This document shows, piece after piece, positions 11,468 to 25,504 of a DNA stretch of 64,000 nt (its first letter is position 1; each line of letters starts with the position of its first letter). The stretch lies in assembly GCF_023055435.1 (NCBI RefSeq), contig NW_025963779.1, forward strand, positions 21,638,001 to 21,702,000, in the 5' to 3' direction. A program made the translations under genes and the position numbers. The DNA comes from Haliotis rufescens (lineage: Eukaryota). The notes beneath the pieces were generated by a model. It saw only the letters and a program-made list of their open reading frames with translations, was not told the origin of the DNA and did not search any database.

Positions 11468-13459
11468 CTTAGATGTATTGAATGATTATGATGGATTGAT
11501 AGGAAAACCACGACTATTCCAAGACTTAACACACGTATTTTTGGTATTACGCAGCAGGGATCGAACCACCGACCTTCCGCTTTGCGGGTAGACGTTCTAT
11601 CCACTACACAAGCTTTAGTTTGAAATCTGTGGAATCAAATACAGTTACGTCCCCTTAATCTCCACTAAATGGCTAAAGATGTATCTACGTCTTGTCTCAG
11701 TTGGAGGATCTGGAGAGAGTTACGTCTCCACAGTCTGCAGGTGCAAGCGATGGATCTAGACATCATACAGAACATCTGCTCGATTCACCTGAATTTCAAA
11801 CGCAAGATGTTTCTAATTACCTGGGGTGTTACATCGACGTATCAGTTCCAAACACTTCATGTTTTCACAAAGGGAACTGATCATCAGGGCGGCATAGAAA
11901 TATATACTATATATAGATTAATTACCTTGGAAAACAGAAAGGTACAAATGAAGCACATGTTTTACACGTGCTGTTGTTTACATCTGTCAAGCAGCTATCT
12001 GATTGGCAGGTAACTAGCAAGGGAGGTAATCGCTCCCAGGCGCGGGAAACTCGGGCATGTGGCGCTAACTCTTTTAGTGATTAGGTTCCAGCGTAGTTAC
12101 CATAGCTACGGTAAAACACTTCTGCTGGCACCTGTTTCTGAGAGCTGGGATCTGTATTGCTTCACTAAAATAACTCAATTTTACGGTTGAAGGGTATGGG
12201 TTGTAAAGCCCGTTATGAAGTGCGTTGATGAATACAATTCTTCCCGCACTGCCAACATCGCGATATATAGGCGCTTAACCTCAACCATTTCTTGGCAGAT
12301 GAGAGGTTGCCCCGTAAACTTGGGATTACAGGCTCCGCGAGTACACACTATATCATCTCCTATCAATATGAACCTTATCCAATCTGCGACACGGGTCGGA
12401 ATAAATTCAGTACACTCGTTAATACTGTCGTTGCTCCCTGACAGACTGTTCTCGTGTTGGACATATGATGTCTATTCATGCTACTAGATCTTCTGATGTG
12501 TGTCAATGAGGAAGCGCATGGTTTTACAGCACTAATAGCAGTAATACCATGGCAAGAACACCTAAAATAGGATTCACACGTGGTATCAATTTTAGGAATC
12601 GAACCTGGATTTTCAGCGCTCGGCAACGTCACGACTGTGATGTTCTGTGTGACTATCTGCAGAATCTTTGTGGTGCAAGTAGAAGCACCGTCATCAGTAT
12701 CGAACCATGCTGGTATATAATCTGTACGTCGTAGCCCAGTTCACACGTAATTTCCAACCACAACGCATTTGGGGCTGGTCTATGGTTCTGGAAACCATAG
12801 ATGTATGGAAAGACCTTAGCCATGCGCATTCGACAGTACCATAAAATAAACAAAAAACACCTAAATAATAGTTTATAGCCATTTGAAGTTATGAAAGAAA
12901 TCTTAATTTAATATAAATCTAAAATTGATTTTGAAATGTCTATCAGTAACCATTTAAACTTCTAGACCAATGTCGAAAACCCCTAACAGTATGGTATCTG
13001 CGGAAAGAGACCCTGGGCAATACAGACAAGGAAATGTAGGGGGAAATGTAACAAAGAATCCCCCTCCCCTACAAAAAAAGATAGAAAAGGAGAAAAAAGA
13101 AAAAAAAGTAAACGCGCATACATTTAACCGGGCATAAGAGTGCTCGGAAAACTTCCCCAAGTTCCCAAATTACATTTTGGAGATCCGTAAGGGTACTTCC
13201 TCTGTGTCTTCTAACTAGAAACGAGTGTTGTGAACTATTTCAAGGGATTTATCTGGGTACTTCCTAAACGACCCTAATTCCCAAAACATAGTTGTTGTTA
13301 TATGAGGCTGTCCTAAGGATATGATACGCACATGTCATATATTTTGTTTAAACTGAGACCTACAAGAATAATTCTACATCACAGAACACATTAATTATGT
13401 TGGTGACATGCCACGAAGGTCTAGCGCCGGACTTTGTAATTAATAGAATCCCGTATGAC

Positions 13460-13637
13460 TGAGTGAGTGAGTGAGTGAGTGAGTTTGGTTTTACGCCGCT
13501 TATAGCAATATTCCAGCAATATCACGGCGGGGGACACCAGAAATGGGCTTCACACATTGTACCCATGTCGGCATTCGAAGCCGGGTCTTCGGCGTGACGA
13601 GCGAACGCTTTAAGCGCTAGGCTACACGACCGCCCCC
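13460..13637 (-). mobile_element. SINE family A (tRNA-Asp-like head)
   Basis: Reverse complement of the copy at 38448-38612. Confidence 0.92.
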
Positions 13638-13644
13638 TGTATGG

Positions 13645-13848
13645 GTGAGTGAGCTTTGAACAGTATTCCAGTTATATCATTGATGTAGGTCTCAGACGTT
13701 TACCACTCCACGAGCACAGGTATGGTGCTGACAAACCAATAAACATAATTGGTGCGAACCGGGATTAGCACTCAAAACCATGGGTTTCTGGAGTGCCCTA
13801 GGGACGCAAATCTGCACGGCGAATTGCGGCACCTTAGATGACTGGGTC
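13645..13848 (-). mobile_element. SINE family C, degenerate and internally deleted
   Basis: GGTCTCAGACGTTTACCACT, GTATGGTGCTGACAAACC and GGGACGCAA blocks. Confidence 0.8.
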
Positions 13849-13863
13849 AACAATGTACTGTAT

Positions 13864-13981
13864 GGTTGTTTGTTTGTTTGGCCATCCGATCCCGTTAGTC
13901 GCCTCGTACGACAAGCACAGTCGCCTTTTACAGCAAGCATGGGTTACTGAAGACCCATTCTTCCCCGGATCTTCACGGGTT
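13864..13981 (-). mobile_element. Family B, head plus tail with the body deleted
   Basis: CCGATCCCGTTAGTCGCC...GGATCTTCACGGGT preceded by (TTTG)n. Confidence 0.8.
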
Positions 13982-14316
13982 TGTCCTGTTTGACACACCT
14001 CGAACAACACAATATGATATGCGGTTTAAAGAATTGATTCAGTCTCTTTCCGGTAGAACTAAAAGTTCTGCCAAGTTTGAATCACATACCATTCAGAGTG
14101 CGAAATCGGCACCATCGGAAGCGCCCCTACAATCTCAAATAGAGACAGGCTCACAGATAATATTCTACACATCAACATCCCTATCGCCCATACCATATAA
14201 ATCAATAACACACACACGTATGTTACGTAGACCTAGTTTAGCTCGCACACGGTGACATATTAACATAATTAACATATTTTCATAAGCATTTGTTAATAAT
14301 AAGGCAAAAAATGGGC

Positions 14317-14605
14317 GGTGAGGTGAAATGGGGTTTAACATAGCGTTCATGATTACAGGGACGTGCATGTACGTGTGTTTCTGCACGTATTAGTCCGCAC
14401 TTTATGCCGGTTTAATAGAGACAGCATGTGGCAGTAACATGACTACCCAACTGACACACAGTATATACTCCGAGCCGATCAGTCAGATCAGTCATCCCCA
14501 GTATGCCGCTAGTCAGGCAGGGCAACAACAAAAACGTGTTTGATATAATGTGGCAAGAGGTTCGACCCCCGACCTTTCGGGACGTTTTATCCACTACACC
14601 AAGGA
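14317..14605 (-). mobile_element. SINE family D, degenerate
   Basis: GGTGAGGTGAAATGGGGTTTAAC tail and head remnants. Confidence 0.7.
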
Positions 14606-14607
14606 GA

Positions 14608-14846
14608 GACCCATGAAGGTCCGGGGTAGAATACGTCTTCAGCAACCCATGCTTGCCGGAAAAGATGACTGATAGGATCGAGTGGTCAGGCTCACTGCCT
14701 TGGTTGATGCATGTCATCGATCACAATAGCGTGGATCGATGCTCATGGCATTAATCACTGGGTTGTCTGGTCCAGACTCGATTATTTACAGACCGCCGTC
14801 ATATAGCTGGAATATTGGTGAGGGTGGCGTTAAGCAACAAAAAAAC
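14608..14846 (+). mobile_element. Family B, diverged copy with a single head module
   Basis: GACCCATGAAGGTCCGGGGTAGAATA...GGCGTTAAGCAAC. Confidence 0.85.
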
Positions 14847-15450
14847 ATTAACAAGCTGTGTACACACTTCGATTGTTATTCAATCTGTAACCATATAATC
14901 CATGATATAATCATATCTATTCTTAATTTCCATCTATCGATAAATGCATATTTTTTAATGATAACGGTTACTTCTGCGTTCGAGTATAAACTGCTCTATC
15001 TGCCGCAGATTCGCGTGTTGCTCTGGGAGTCTTGTTGATGCTGATACTGCAAGGTGCATGTTGCTGTATCGTGATGAACAAAGTTGCACCTATCTTCAAC
15101 TCTGCCCTGCTGAAGCGAAAGTGATGACTAGACCCAGATAAACAGGCTTGGTTAACAGCAAGAATCTATACCCAGCATTGGTCACTGTACAAATACCCGC
15201 GTGTGTAGCTAAAGATAAACATGTGCACACACTGTGTTGTGAAAGAGGGATGGATGATCACAAGTGTGTTCCCGGGAAAAGGGCACAGAATCCCCATAGC
15301 TACACATTTAATAACGGAGCCATCCATCACAGATCATATAGAGATATCCAAGAACAATTGTTTACCCAACAGGCCGTCATGTCTGGATAGAGTTCTGAAT
15401 TAAGTTCTGAAAATATTGATGCTGTCAAACTTGTTATATTCAGACGTTAT

Positions 15451-15454
<4 letters not shown>

Positions 15455-15496
<42 letters not shown>
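15455..15496. repeat. (AG)n microsatellite
   Basis: About 21 perfect AG units. Confidence 0.98.
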
Positions 15497-15499
<3 letters not shown>

Positions 15500-17151
15500 A
15501 CGCGACTGCGGGTCAATGTTTCATTTCCGCTCTTCTATGAGTAAAAGAGACGAATCACGTCAACTGCTCTCCCCTTTATCAACTCGGGAGTTATGGAAAG
15601 AAACAGTTCACGAGTACTGGGCTAATTAGATCATTCCCGTGGTACAAAGCTGCAAATAGAGTTACCCCCACTACAACTGACACTTCTATCGGAAATCTCA
15701 AGAGATTCCAACGAAAAGTTGATGCCGTGAAACAGTTTGCTGACACCGTGACTGATGGAGGCGGGGGCTGACTTGCTACAGATGGCAGATCACCAAGACT
15801 GTCGTAACCGCTGTTGTCACGGCCTAGTAGCCCCGGTAGTAGCCGCAGTAGTAGCCTCACCTCACAAATCACACTGACAAAACTCCACAGTGGACATGAT
15901 CCTTGAAATGACATGACTAGGCATGTGTGTAATTGCATCATGCCTGGATCAAGCTCTCAAGGTAATCAAAAACAAAGCTACAATTAAGCTTATATTCATG
16001 TCTTCAGTTCAAACTTGCTGGACCAGCCTTGCAAAAAGGCTAACCATTTGATATAATCCTCAGCGGCGTTAAGATTTTGTAAAAAAAATAATTTGTTCCA
16101 GCAGAGACCATATAATATTATATTGTTTCTGGTTCCAGAAAATATTAGATTTTATCCCCTCCTCCATATAAATGTTCGCTGGACAGGATTGAAAGCCTGA
16201 TAAAAATGTAAAAAAAATAAGTTCGGCTCTTGAAACAGAGACTGTAATCAATATGCTGCTCTTCATCATCAAAAGTTAATTAATCAGCTAATTGGTTCCG
16301 TACCCCCGTCGTACTTGGCCGATTGTGTGATCGCCTGGCCCTGAATACGCCCCCTTGTACTGCCACTAAGATAGATGTTATGTCTGTTTGTATGAGGCCC
16401 TCCTTCAGAACACCGAGGGCTCCGATTTATTAATAAAGGACCTAAACCACTGTTACACAGCTCCGATTGAGATGCACCAGGAAAGACATCCAAATTACAA
16501 CCAAATCTGAGAAATAGATAAATTCGTAATCTTTTGGGAAACGAGTAATTCCGTGAATGAATGAATACATAGATGAATGAAAAGAACTTGCTAATCCAAC
16601 TCTGAAACAATGGGAAACCCATCATCATGGTGAAATAGAGTTGTGTCCCTTGGGAAAAAACAATGGCGGACGTAAGCGGTAGTTGACAAATGGTGGACAG
16701 ATGAAATTAGATGTAGTCTCGTGTTAGGCAAAGGCAAATCCCGCGAGAATTCGCTGCAGACATTTTCGATCACAACACAAGAGATCAACATTACGGATAA
16801 AGCAGTAGCCACACACTGCTACAGAAAAAAAGATTCTTGTGAAATTCTTAAAATGGTACTTTTTTTTCAGGCGACGAGCATGGCTATTATTTTGTACTTT
16901 CTTTCCCAACGAGTAACCAAGCAGAAGCGATGTATGCTCATTAATAGGGTGTTTTCCTTTCCCCATTTGCACACGGACGCATACATGCACGACTCTACAA
17001 TGCCATAGTATTTCAATGAAAGGTTATCTGAATCTCGTAGCCACAGTTAATGTTGACCTATCATTCGTAACATCAATAGCGTGGCTTTGAATCCCTAATT
17101 TCAACCCTATTGTGAGGACTAGTCTGTCAGTACGCGCTCGTGAGCTTCTCA

Positions 17152-17392
17152 TGAGTGAGTGAGTTGTGTTTAACGCCGTTTTTAACAGTATTCCAGTTAT
17201 ATCGCGGCGTGTCAGCTTAATGTGGGAGGAAAGCCCGAAGTCATGCAGGTCTCAGACGTTTACCACTTCGGTGAAACCCACTAGCACGGGTATGGTGCTG
17301 ACAAACCTAGAAACATAATCGGGGCGAACCGGGATTCGAACCCACAATCATAGGTTTCTGCAAAGCGAATCGCGGCGCCTTAGACGACTGCC
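17152..17392 (-). mobile_element. SINE family C with a head deletion, followed by a poly(C) tract to about 17423
   Basis: Matches the copy at 11183-11467. Confidence 0.9.
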
Positions 17393-19136
17393 CCCCTCCC
17401 CTCCCCCCCCCCCCCCCCCCCCCCACAACATATTTACGTCCAACGTCACTTCACTAAACTGATATATTGTGCGACTGAAATTGACATACTCACTCATTCA
17501 TTCTGTCTCTATGCCGACCTGCTGTAACTGAAATACTGCCCAAAGCGGCGATAAACCCAAGTCACTCACTCACTCTAAACGTCAATATTAAATCAATTCT
17601 ATGATCGGTTATTTCATTAAAGCAAAACCCTCCCAATGGCAGCCTCGACTAAACACGTCCATTGCACCGCTCCGGACATTCTTAGGTGGTAAGCAGGTCA
17701 GTATATAAAGTGACCAGTCAAGATACATCAGGAATGCCCTTTACAAAAACGAGTCTGATTTCCCCATGGACCACGGATCAGACTAAATCCAACCTTCCGC
17801 GCAGGCCTTCAAAGAAACGTAAAATGCAATTGTGTTCAAGCATAAGATGACATTATAAATATTTCTGAAGGAAGACACTTGATTGAAAACCTGTTTGATG
17901 TTATAAGAAAGAAAAAAGAAAAAGTGCATGTTCAAAGTACATTTAGTCATATTTGAGGAATCCTGGGCGAGAAAAAAAGTCTGTGTCCAATTAAGGTATA
18001 AAAGCAATGCTCAAAAGATACATTCAGCTAACAATAAAGACTGACAACAGAATTCCTTCAACAAAACGAGATATCTAAACATTTGTCTCCCGAAGTAATT
18101 GAATTCCTCTTTTAGGGGTTCAAATTCCAGGATAATGATTATTCAGGAGCAGAACATAATCTGGCCAGTAAAGACCGATCACTGCCGTTATATCACCACG
18201 AACACTTTCAATTTGAAGTTATTGTAGCGATAGTCACAAATTATATTTGTAAAAACACTCGGCAAATGAAATACACATCTGTAGGTGCTCGATGAGGGCG
18301 TTTTCAGCTAGTCTGTACGAAACATGGCTGTGTACCAACATTGTATAAATCCATCAATGAGCCTCAAGTAGAGTTCCTCATCAAGCTGGACAATTGCTTT
18401 TGAAGACCAAATCTTCATTAGGGCGGCTGGAGATATTGATCAGCGCGGACGATAGATCTATATGGTTAGTTTCAGGGTCTTTACTTTGTTCCTGCAAATG
18501 AGAACCCGCGATCCAAAAACCACGAATGCACGTTATTATGATACCCGACATATGGCGCTTGCCTCCCTTTGAATGCAGTCCATCCCACATTTGGTTCTTA
18601 GTGAAGGGCACATCTACAGGTCACATATCCCGCGAGAACAACAACATATTTCCTTGTGTTGCCAGATAAATCAAATTGCGTTTTTGTTGGTGCTTACACC
18701 CTTTGATCTTTATGTTGACCTGACAGAACAGGTCTGTAACGTATGCCCAACCTAACGCGCTCTCAAATTTCCAGCATAGTGTCATAACAACATTGAGAAA
18801 CGTTCTTTGAGGTTGCCAGGGCGCTGGGGGGATTCCTGGAGCATTAAAGACATGGTGCTGTCAAGTAGGGGGAGGTGTATTTTGGGACAAGGATGATCAA
18901 CCCTAGAGACCTGACTCCTGTAAGGATATATTCACGTTCATGTCAGTCACGTGCTCCTCACTGCGCATGTCAAGTCGACCCTTGCCACCATATACAAAAA
19001 TACAGACAGACAGGCAGGCATACACACATGTTAAGAAAGTAATTCAATCATGTCAATATTTTCTATATATAATTATGTCATTACCTTACAAGAAAGTTAA
19101 TCCTACGGAAGTCCTGTTTCGTTGCCTTGTTTCTGA

Positions 19137-19460
19137 ATGGGGGGTTTAACGTCGCGTCCAAGATTATTGCACTTATATAGCGACGTACATGCACGTGTGT
19201 GTGTGTCACTGCTTGTACCAGTCCGACTGATGCCGATTTATAGTGCAAGCTCACTGAGATACCATGCCGCAGTTTAACATGAATACCCCACTCAGACACA
19301 GCATACTGACTCTGAGCTGTCCAGTCCTTGTTTTAGCCCCTTAATGCCAAACACCAGACAGGGTAACAACAAGTACCATCTTTTAACGTCTTTTGGTATG
19401 ACGCGGCCGGACCTTCCGCTCTCCTGACAGACGTTCTACCATAAGACCACAGAGGCGGTC
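19137..19460 (-). mobile_element. SINE family D
   Basis: Full body; imperfect TSD TGTTTCTG(A/T)ATGG. Confidence 0.9.
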
Positions 19461-19595
19461 TGTTTCTGTATGGAGTCATTGAAGGAGTAAGTTTAGCTGT
19501 GTTTAATTAGGTAAAAGTTCAGCACTACTGGACTGACCTAGTGTTGGCCTTGAGATCGTCATACTGACCGCCAACTGGCCTTCACCCGGCCGAGA

Positions 19596-19918
19596 CTACC
19601 ATCTCACATCTGCTTGATTACAACACGCTAATATTGTGACTGTTTAGTCTCTCACCCCAATGGCTACCATCTCACATCTGCTTGATTAAAACACGCCAAT
19701 ATTGTGACTGTCTAGTATCTCACCCCAATGGCTACGATTTCATATATGTCTGGTTACAACACGCCAATATTGTGACTGTCTAGTATCTCACCCCAATGGC
19801 TACCATTTCATATATGTCTCGTTACAACACGCCAATATTGTGCCTGTCTAGTATCTCACCCCAATGGCTACCATCTCATATTTCTGGTTACAACACGCCA
19901 ATATTGTGGCTGTCTAGT
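19596..19918. repeat. Tandem repeat, about 67-bp unit, about 5 copies
   Basis: CAACACGCCAATATTGTGACTGTCTAGTATCTCACCCCAATGGCTACC recurs. Confidence 0.92.
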
Positions 19919-21000
19919 AACACACTTCAATCTGGCTGCTACAAGCCGGTGCTGTCAATACTTATACTAACTGATGGCAAATGGCAGGACGCTCCTGCGT
20001 GTAAACAGGATTTACCGTAACCTGGTTACCTTGCTAAGCAAACATTCCGACAGACCAAAAGGGCACTGTAATAATTCTTCCAAGTAATTTAGTATTCCAT
20101 TATGTCAAAAACACAACGTTATATTTAGAGGACAACATGCATATTTCTTCCCAAACCGCTGTAACATTTCTAGATATAAGTGAGCGCTGCATGTGAGAAC
20201 ATGTTACCTTGATTCCCGTGGAAGACCGTTTAACCCCTACAGCTGTTGTGGGAAACACACTACAAAGTTTCTTCTTGAGACGAGATCCAGCTGCCAACTA
20301 TAGAATGAACACCAAAAAACCCTGAACACGTTACCGGCCTAGATTAATACTATGGATGAATTTCTTAACACCTCGAGGTTCACTATTCCACTCTCAGAGA
20401 AGCGATATCGACAAAGATCACGAAAAACAAATACTTCATCGGAAGAAGAGTCCTTGTTCCATCGACCAACGAATAGATGAACTTCTAAGTTTTCATCCTC
20501 TCGCGGCTTAGGGCAAACAATGTTAGCAAATGAGTATCAGCTTCAAGTGGAACGAGAACAGGACGGTAGGGGTAGGGGTAGTCTTGTGGGAAATGGCAGT
20601 GGAAGTTACTATGGAACATGGGGAACTTGATCGGTTCTCTGGCGAATGTGGGAGAGTGTGGGCGAGTGTGGGCGAGTGTGGGCGTGCGTGGGCGAGTCGG
20701 TGATGGATGAGAAAAATATAACGAAGGAATGAACAAAGTTTGGAAAACCTTTACCCATACGTGAATAATTCGAGTTGGGATAACGGTGCTCTAAACATTC
20801 TGTTGGATCTATTTTTAGCTATATCTGTGTGGAAATGTCCATTTTTAACAGGCGGTATATTTGGGGTAAAAATTCAATTTTATTCTTTTCGGATTTGGTT
20901 ACAAGGGACTTTAAAACAAGTATATGTTTTGCTGGACGTGTGTGTATAATATGCATCCCTTGTAACAGAGAGGATAAAGAAACTCAGGACTTACGAACAA

Positions 21001-22723
21001 GTGGAAGATAGGGATATCAGCAATGGTAGAAGAACTGATCCAGGGTGTGGTGGAAGATAGGGATATCAGCAATAGTAGAAGAACTGATCCAGGGCGTGGT
21101 GGAAGATAGGGATATCAGCAATAGTAGAAGAACTGATCCAGGGTGTGGTGGAAGATAGGGATATTAGCAATGATAGAAGAACTGATCCAGGGCGTGGTGG
21201 AAGATAGGGATATTAGCAATAGTAGAAGAACTGATCCAGGGCGTGGTGGAACATAGGGAAATCAGCAATGGTAGAAGAACTGATCCAGGGCGTGGTGGAA
21301 CATAGGGAAATCAGCAATGGTAGAAGAACTGATCCAGGGCGTGGTGGAACATAGGGGTATCAGCAATGGTAGAAGAACTGATCCAGGGCGTGGTGGAACA
21401 TAGGGATATCAGCAATGGTAGAAGAGCTGTTCCAGGGCGTGGTGGAAGATAGGGGTATCAGCAATGGTAGAAGAACTGATCCAGGGCGTGGTGGAACATA
21501 GGGATATCAGCAATGGTAGAAGAGCTGTTCCAGGGCGTGGTGGAACATAGGGATATCAGCAATGGTAGAAGAACTGTTCCAGGGCGTGGTGGAAGATAGG
21601 GGTATCAGCAATGATTGAAGAACTGATCCAGGGCGTGGTGGAACATAGGGATATCAGCAATGGTAGAAGAGCTGTTCCAGGGCGTGGTGGAACATTGGGA
21701 TATTAGCAATGATAGAAGAACTGATCCAGGACGTGGTTGAACATAGGGGTATCAGCAATGGTAGAAGAACTGATCCAGGGCGTGGTGGAAGATAGGGATA
21801 TTAGCAATTGTAGAAGAACTGATCCAGGGCGTGGTGGAAGATAGGGATATTAGCAATTGTAGAAGAACTGATCCAGGGCGTGGTGGAAGATAGGGATATT
21901 AGCAATTGTAGAAGAACTGATCCAGGGCGTGGTGGAAGATAGGGATATTAGCAATTGTAGAAGAACTGATCCAGGGCGTGGTGGAAGATAGGGATATTAG
22001 CAATTGTAGAAGAACTGATCCAGGGCGTGGTGGAAGATAGGGATATTAGCAATTGTAGAAGAACTGATCCAGGGCGTGGTGGAAGATAGGGATATTAGCA
22101 ATTGTAGAAGAACTGATCCAGGGCGTGGTGGAAGATAGGGATATTAGCAATGATAGAAGAACTGATCCAGGACGTGGTTGAAGATAGGGGTATCAGCAAT
22201 GGTAGAAGAACTGATCCAGGGCGTGGTGGAACATAGGGATATCAGCAATGGTAGAAGAACTGATCCAGGGCGTGGTGGAAGATAGGGATATCAGCAATGG
22301 TAGAAGAGCTGTTCCAGGGCGTGGTGGAACATAAGGATATCAGCAATGTTAGAAGAACTGTTCCAGGGCGTGGTGGAAGATAGGGGTATCAGCAATGATT
22401 GAAGAACTGATCCAGGGCGTGGTGGAACATAGGGATATCAGCAATGGTAGAAGAACTGTTCCAGGGCGTGGTGGAAGATAGGGGTATCAGCAATGATTGA
22501 AGAACTGATCCAGGGCGTGGTGGAACATAGGGATATCAGCAATGGTAGAAGAGCTGTTCCAGGGCGTGGTGGAACATTGGGATATCAGCAATGGTAGAAG
22601 AGCTGTTCCAGGGCGTGGTGGAACATAAGGATATCAGCAATGGTAGAAGAACTGTTCCAGGGCGTGGTGGAACATAGGGGTATCAGCAATGATTGAAGAA
22701 CTGATCCAGGGCGTGGTGGAACA
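21001..22723. repeat. Minisatellite, 49-bp unit, about 35 copies
   Basis: GTGGAAGATAGGGATATCAGCAATGGTAGAAGAACTGATCCAGGGCGTG in tandem with no unique spacers. Confidence 0.98.
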
Positions 22724-23305
22724 AATAATTGACGGCATTGACCGACACGCTTCTCTACCGGTAACCGTGTTTACATCCAAATAGAATTTTTAAACAACTA
22801 TAAATTTGCCGAAAGTGGTTATAGTTATATATAAAATAGCTATGCGATAAATAGCAAAGAGCAATGAAGAACGAAGCATGGTTTATTTCACAATAGAACA
22901 TTTCTCTATCATGGCTTCATTTTTGGGGATTCGATTATGCGCTTGCAACATGATGACGTCAGATACTGGATTGGACGACGTTATTTTGAGAGGGAAGTGT
23001 TCAGTGAGTTGTTCCCCAGGTCGGGTAGGCTGATAATCGCAGTGGCCGAACGATCACATCCAAAAGTGGCGGTGATATGAAAGTCGATATTTGGAGAAAA
23101 GGTACACATAATTGACATGAGGATTGTGAGAATATACCGGTAAAACCAAACTTAACCTACTTTTTCATAAAATGGACTTGTCCGACATTGCAGAGGTCAG
23201 ATCTTATTCAGGGAGTCATCATTATTAAAATAAAGGTAACGATTTTTAAAGCTTGTACATTTTAATCAACATCCTCAAAGAGGCTGTACATAATGCTGAC
23301 ATCTT

Positions 23306-23880
23306 ATATAAGAAATAAACGACTCGTGGTCGTTGTGTATCGCTTATTCTACCATGAATTTAGAATTTACTCGATTGTGATGTGGAGCGAAAGCCTTGCA
23401 ATGCTTGCTTTGTTTTCTTTAGGGATGCCCACCTCATGTTAGCTTACCAAGTTGCCGTGCTTATATGCTTTCAATTTCTGTAATATGTTCGAGTGAAGTA
23501 TTACGGTGTAAACAAACTGCTTGAGTATATACAGCGACATATTTTGTTCGGTGATTCCGTAATTCAGATCGATAACCCACTCAAAACACTGGACTCAACC
23601 CATGCCGTTCCACTCAGTATATTTGCTAACACCAAAGAGTTCGCGTTTTATTTAGTCATGGCAGAATGGAGATAAACGTTATGTTCGGTTCCAAATTCAA
23701 TTTAGCGCGGTTAAATCTACAGGTAACCTAGCTCTACATTGAAAACACAGTATGTTTATCTCCTAAATATAACACTGCAGGAAGAATAAACTACTCGGGG
23801 CTACGCCCGTCATGGTCTGATCTCTCCCGCAGTGTTTATTATACCATACACAACTCCCACTTAGTATTTATTTCTCAAAT
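23306..23880. mobile_element. Possible non-autonomous DNA element (Crypton-like ends)
   Basis: Short imperfect inverted ends ATATAAGAAATAAA and TTTATTTCTCAAAT; no ORF. Family assignment is from recollection only. Confidence 0.3.
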
Positions 23881-25310
23881 AAGTATTCATAACAGACCTA
23901 GTAAAGATACACATGCGTCAGCAGAAGCCTTATAATGTCCTTTATTGTCTTTTACACATCAAAGGAATTATGGGTAACGTGGGTCACATGGGAAGCGTGT
24001 TCAATCATCGCTGACAAATCCCGGTTTCGAGTACCAATATGATCAAGATGGATTCACGAACTCGTTTACTCACACTTCCCGTATTGACTTTAAAACTCAA
24101 CAGCGGCGTCTGTATTCACACACGGCATACATCACTGTGTGGAGTTTACATTTTAGTTCGAGAAAAACCTTAAGACTCAACTCTGTCAAACTCATCTAGG
24201 CTCAATAAGTCTTCACAAAAGAAAGCAGTTGATGTCCAGAGTCTTAAAACGCCGAACTATACAAACAAGTGCGGTATTTAAAAGTCTTCTTAACATAACC
24301 TAACGACTTGATTAGTTATTGATGACAGGCTTCAGTAATACCTTCCTCCTGAAACCTGTGAAAGTACTTAGCATTGCTCCCATTCAGTACACAATCAATC
24401 CACGGTACTCTAAGTAGGCGCAACGATCTTTAGGTCACTTCCCCAAGGGAGCCATGCACGGAGAAAACAGACATATCTAATACAATATCAATACTATATT
24501 AACACAATATTAAATCATGAAACCTGATGCAAGCATAAGTTCATTATTTCCTCCACGTTGAGAAAGATGTGTTTGAAACCAGAACAGACAGACATATGGA
24601 ACAGCCCATGCCGTTCCCGAGAGGCCAGCTCCCTGGGAAATGCATAAAGAGCAATGGAAAGGAGTCTTACTTCTGTTTCTAGTATCACTAACACTCACCC
24701 TGACTGGTGATCAGATCCGGGTCAGGATTCACCCATAATCTCACCTTCACAGGATCATTACCTCCTGTCGTAAGTAGTTGTACTGAAGGAGTGTTAAGGA
24801 AAGATTTCACAATAGTTCAATACTATCTATTTCCAAAACAAATAACTGTCTCAATTGCTGCATCTGGAAAGGTTTCCCAGAGCTCATCAGACCGTACACA
24901 CAAGCTGATGATATTTCCTCAACGGACAGCTGGCCATGAAACCAAGTACTCCAAGAACAGCACATCGTTCAGGTAAAATAGGCTTTATGAAAGGTTGTGT
25001 GAGAAAATTCACTTGAACTTACTACTATCACATCTTGATGGAACATTGATTCACAGTGCTATAGATGTGGAAGACTGAATGTCTACAAACGCATGATTAT
25101 CATTTTAAATGGCATAAATAATTGCGATAGAAAATCAATATTGACTTTCATAAACAACGGTAAAATGTTGAATTTCACATACCAAGAATAATTATAGCAA
25201 ATGGTTGACTGTCACAGATTGAAGGTATTTAAGACAAAGGATTAACTTTCACAGACTAAAGATAATAAAGGTAAAGGGATGATTCTCATAACTAAAGTTA
25301 ATTGCAGTAG

Positions 25311-25504
25311 AGGATTGACTTTGATAGATTCATGGCAACCACGGAAAAGGATTGACTTTGATAGAATCATGGCAATCACGGAAAAGGATTGACTTTGATA
25401 GATTCATGGCAATCACGGAAAAGGATTGACTTTGATAGATTCATGTCAATCACGGAAAAGGATTGACTTTGATAGATTCATGGCAATCACGGAAAAAGAT
25501 TGAC
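25311..25504. repeat. Tandem repeat, 37-bp unit, about 5 copies
   Basis: AGGATTGACTTTGATAGATTCATGGCAATCACGGAAA. Confidence 0.95.

Noticed and set aside
20057-20914. Kolobok-like element ending CAAGGGACT then TTAA, with an internal 10-bp GTGGGCGAGT repeat
   Set aside because: No convincing matching left TIR or TSD.
21001-22723. CRISPR-like array (also 25311-25504 and 37517-38321)
   Set aside because: Units are contiguous with no unique spacers, there are no cas genes, and the context is eukaryotic.
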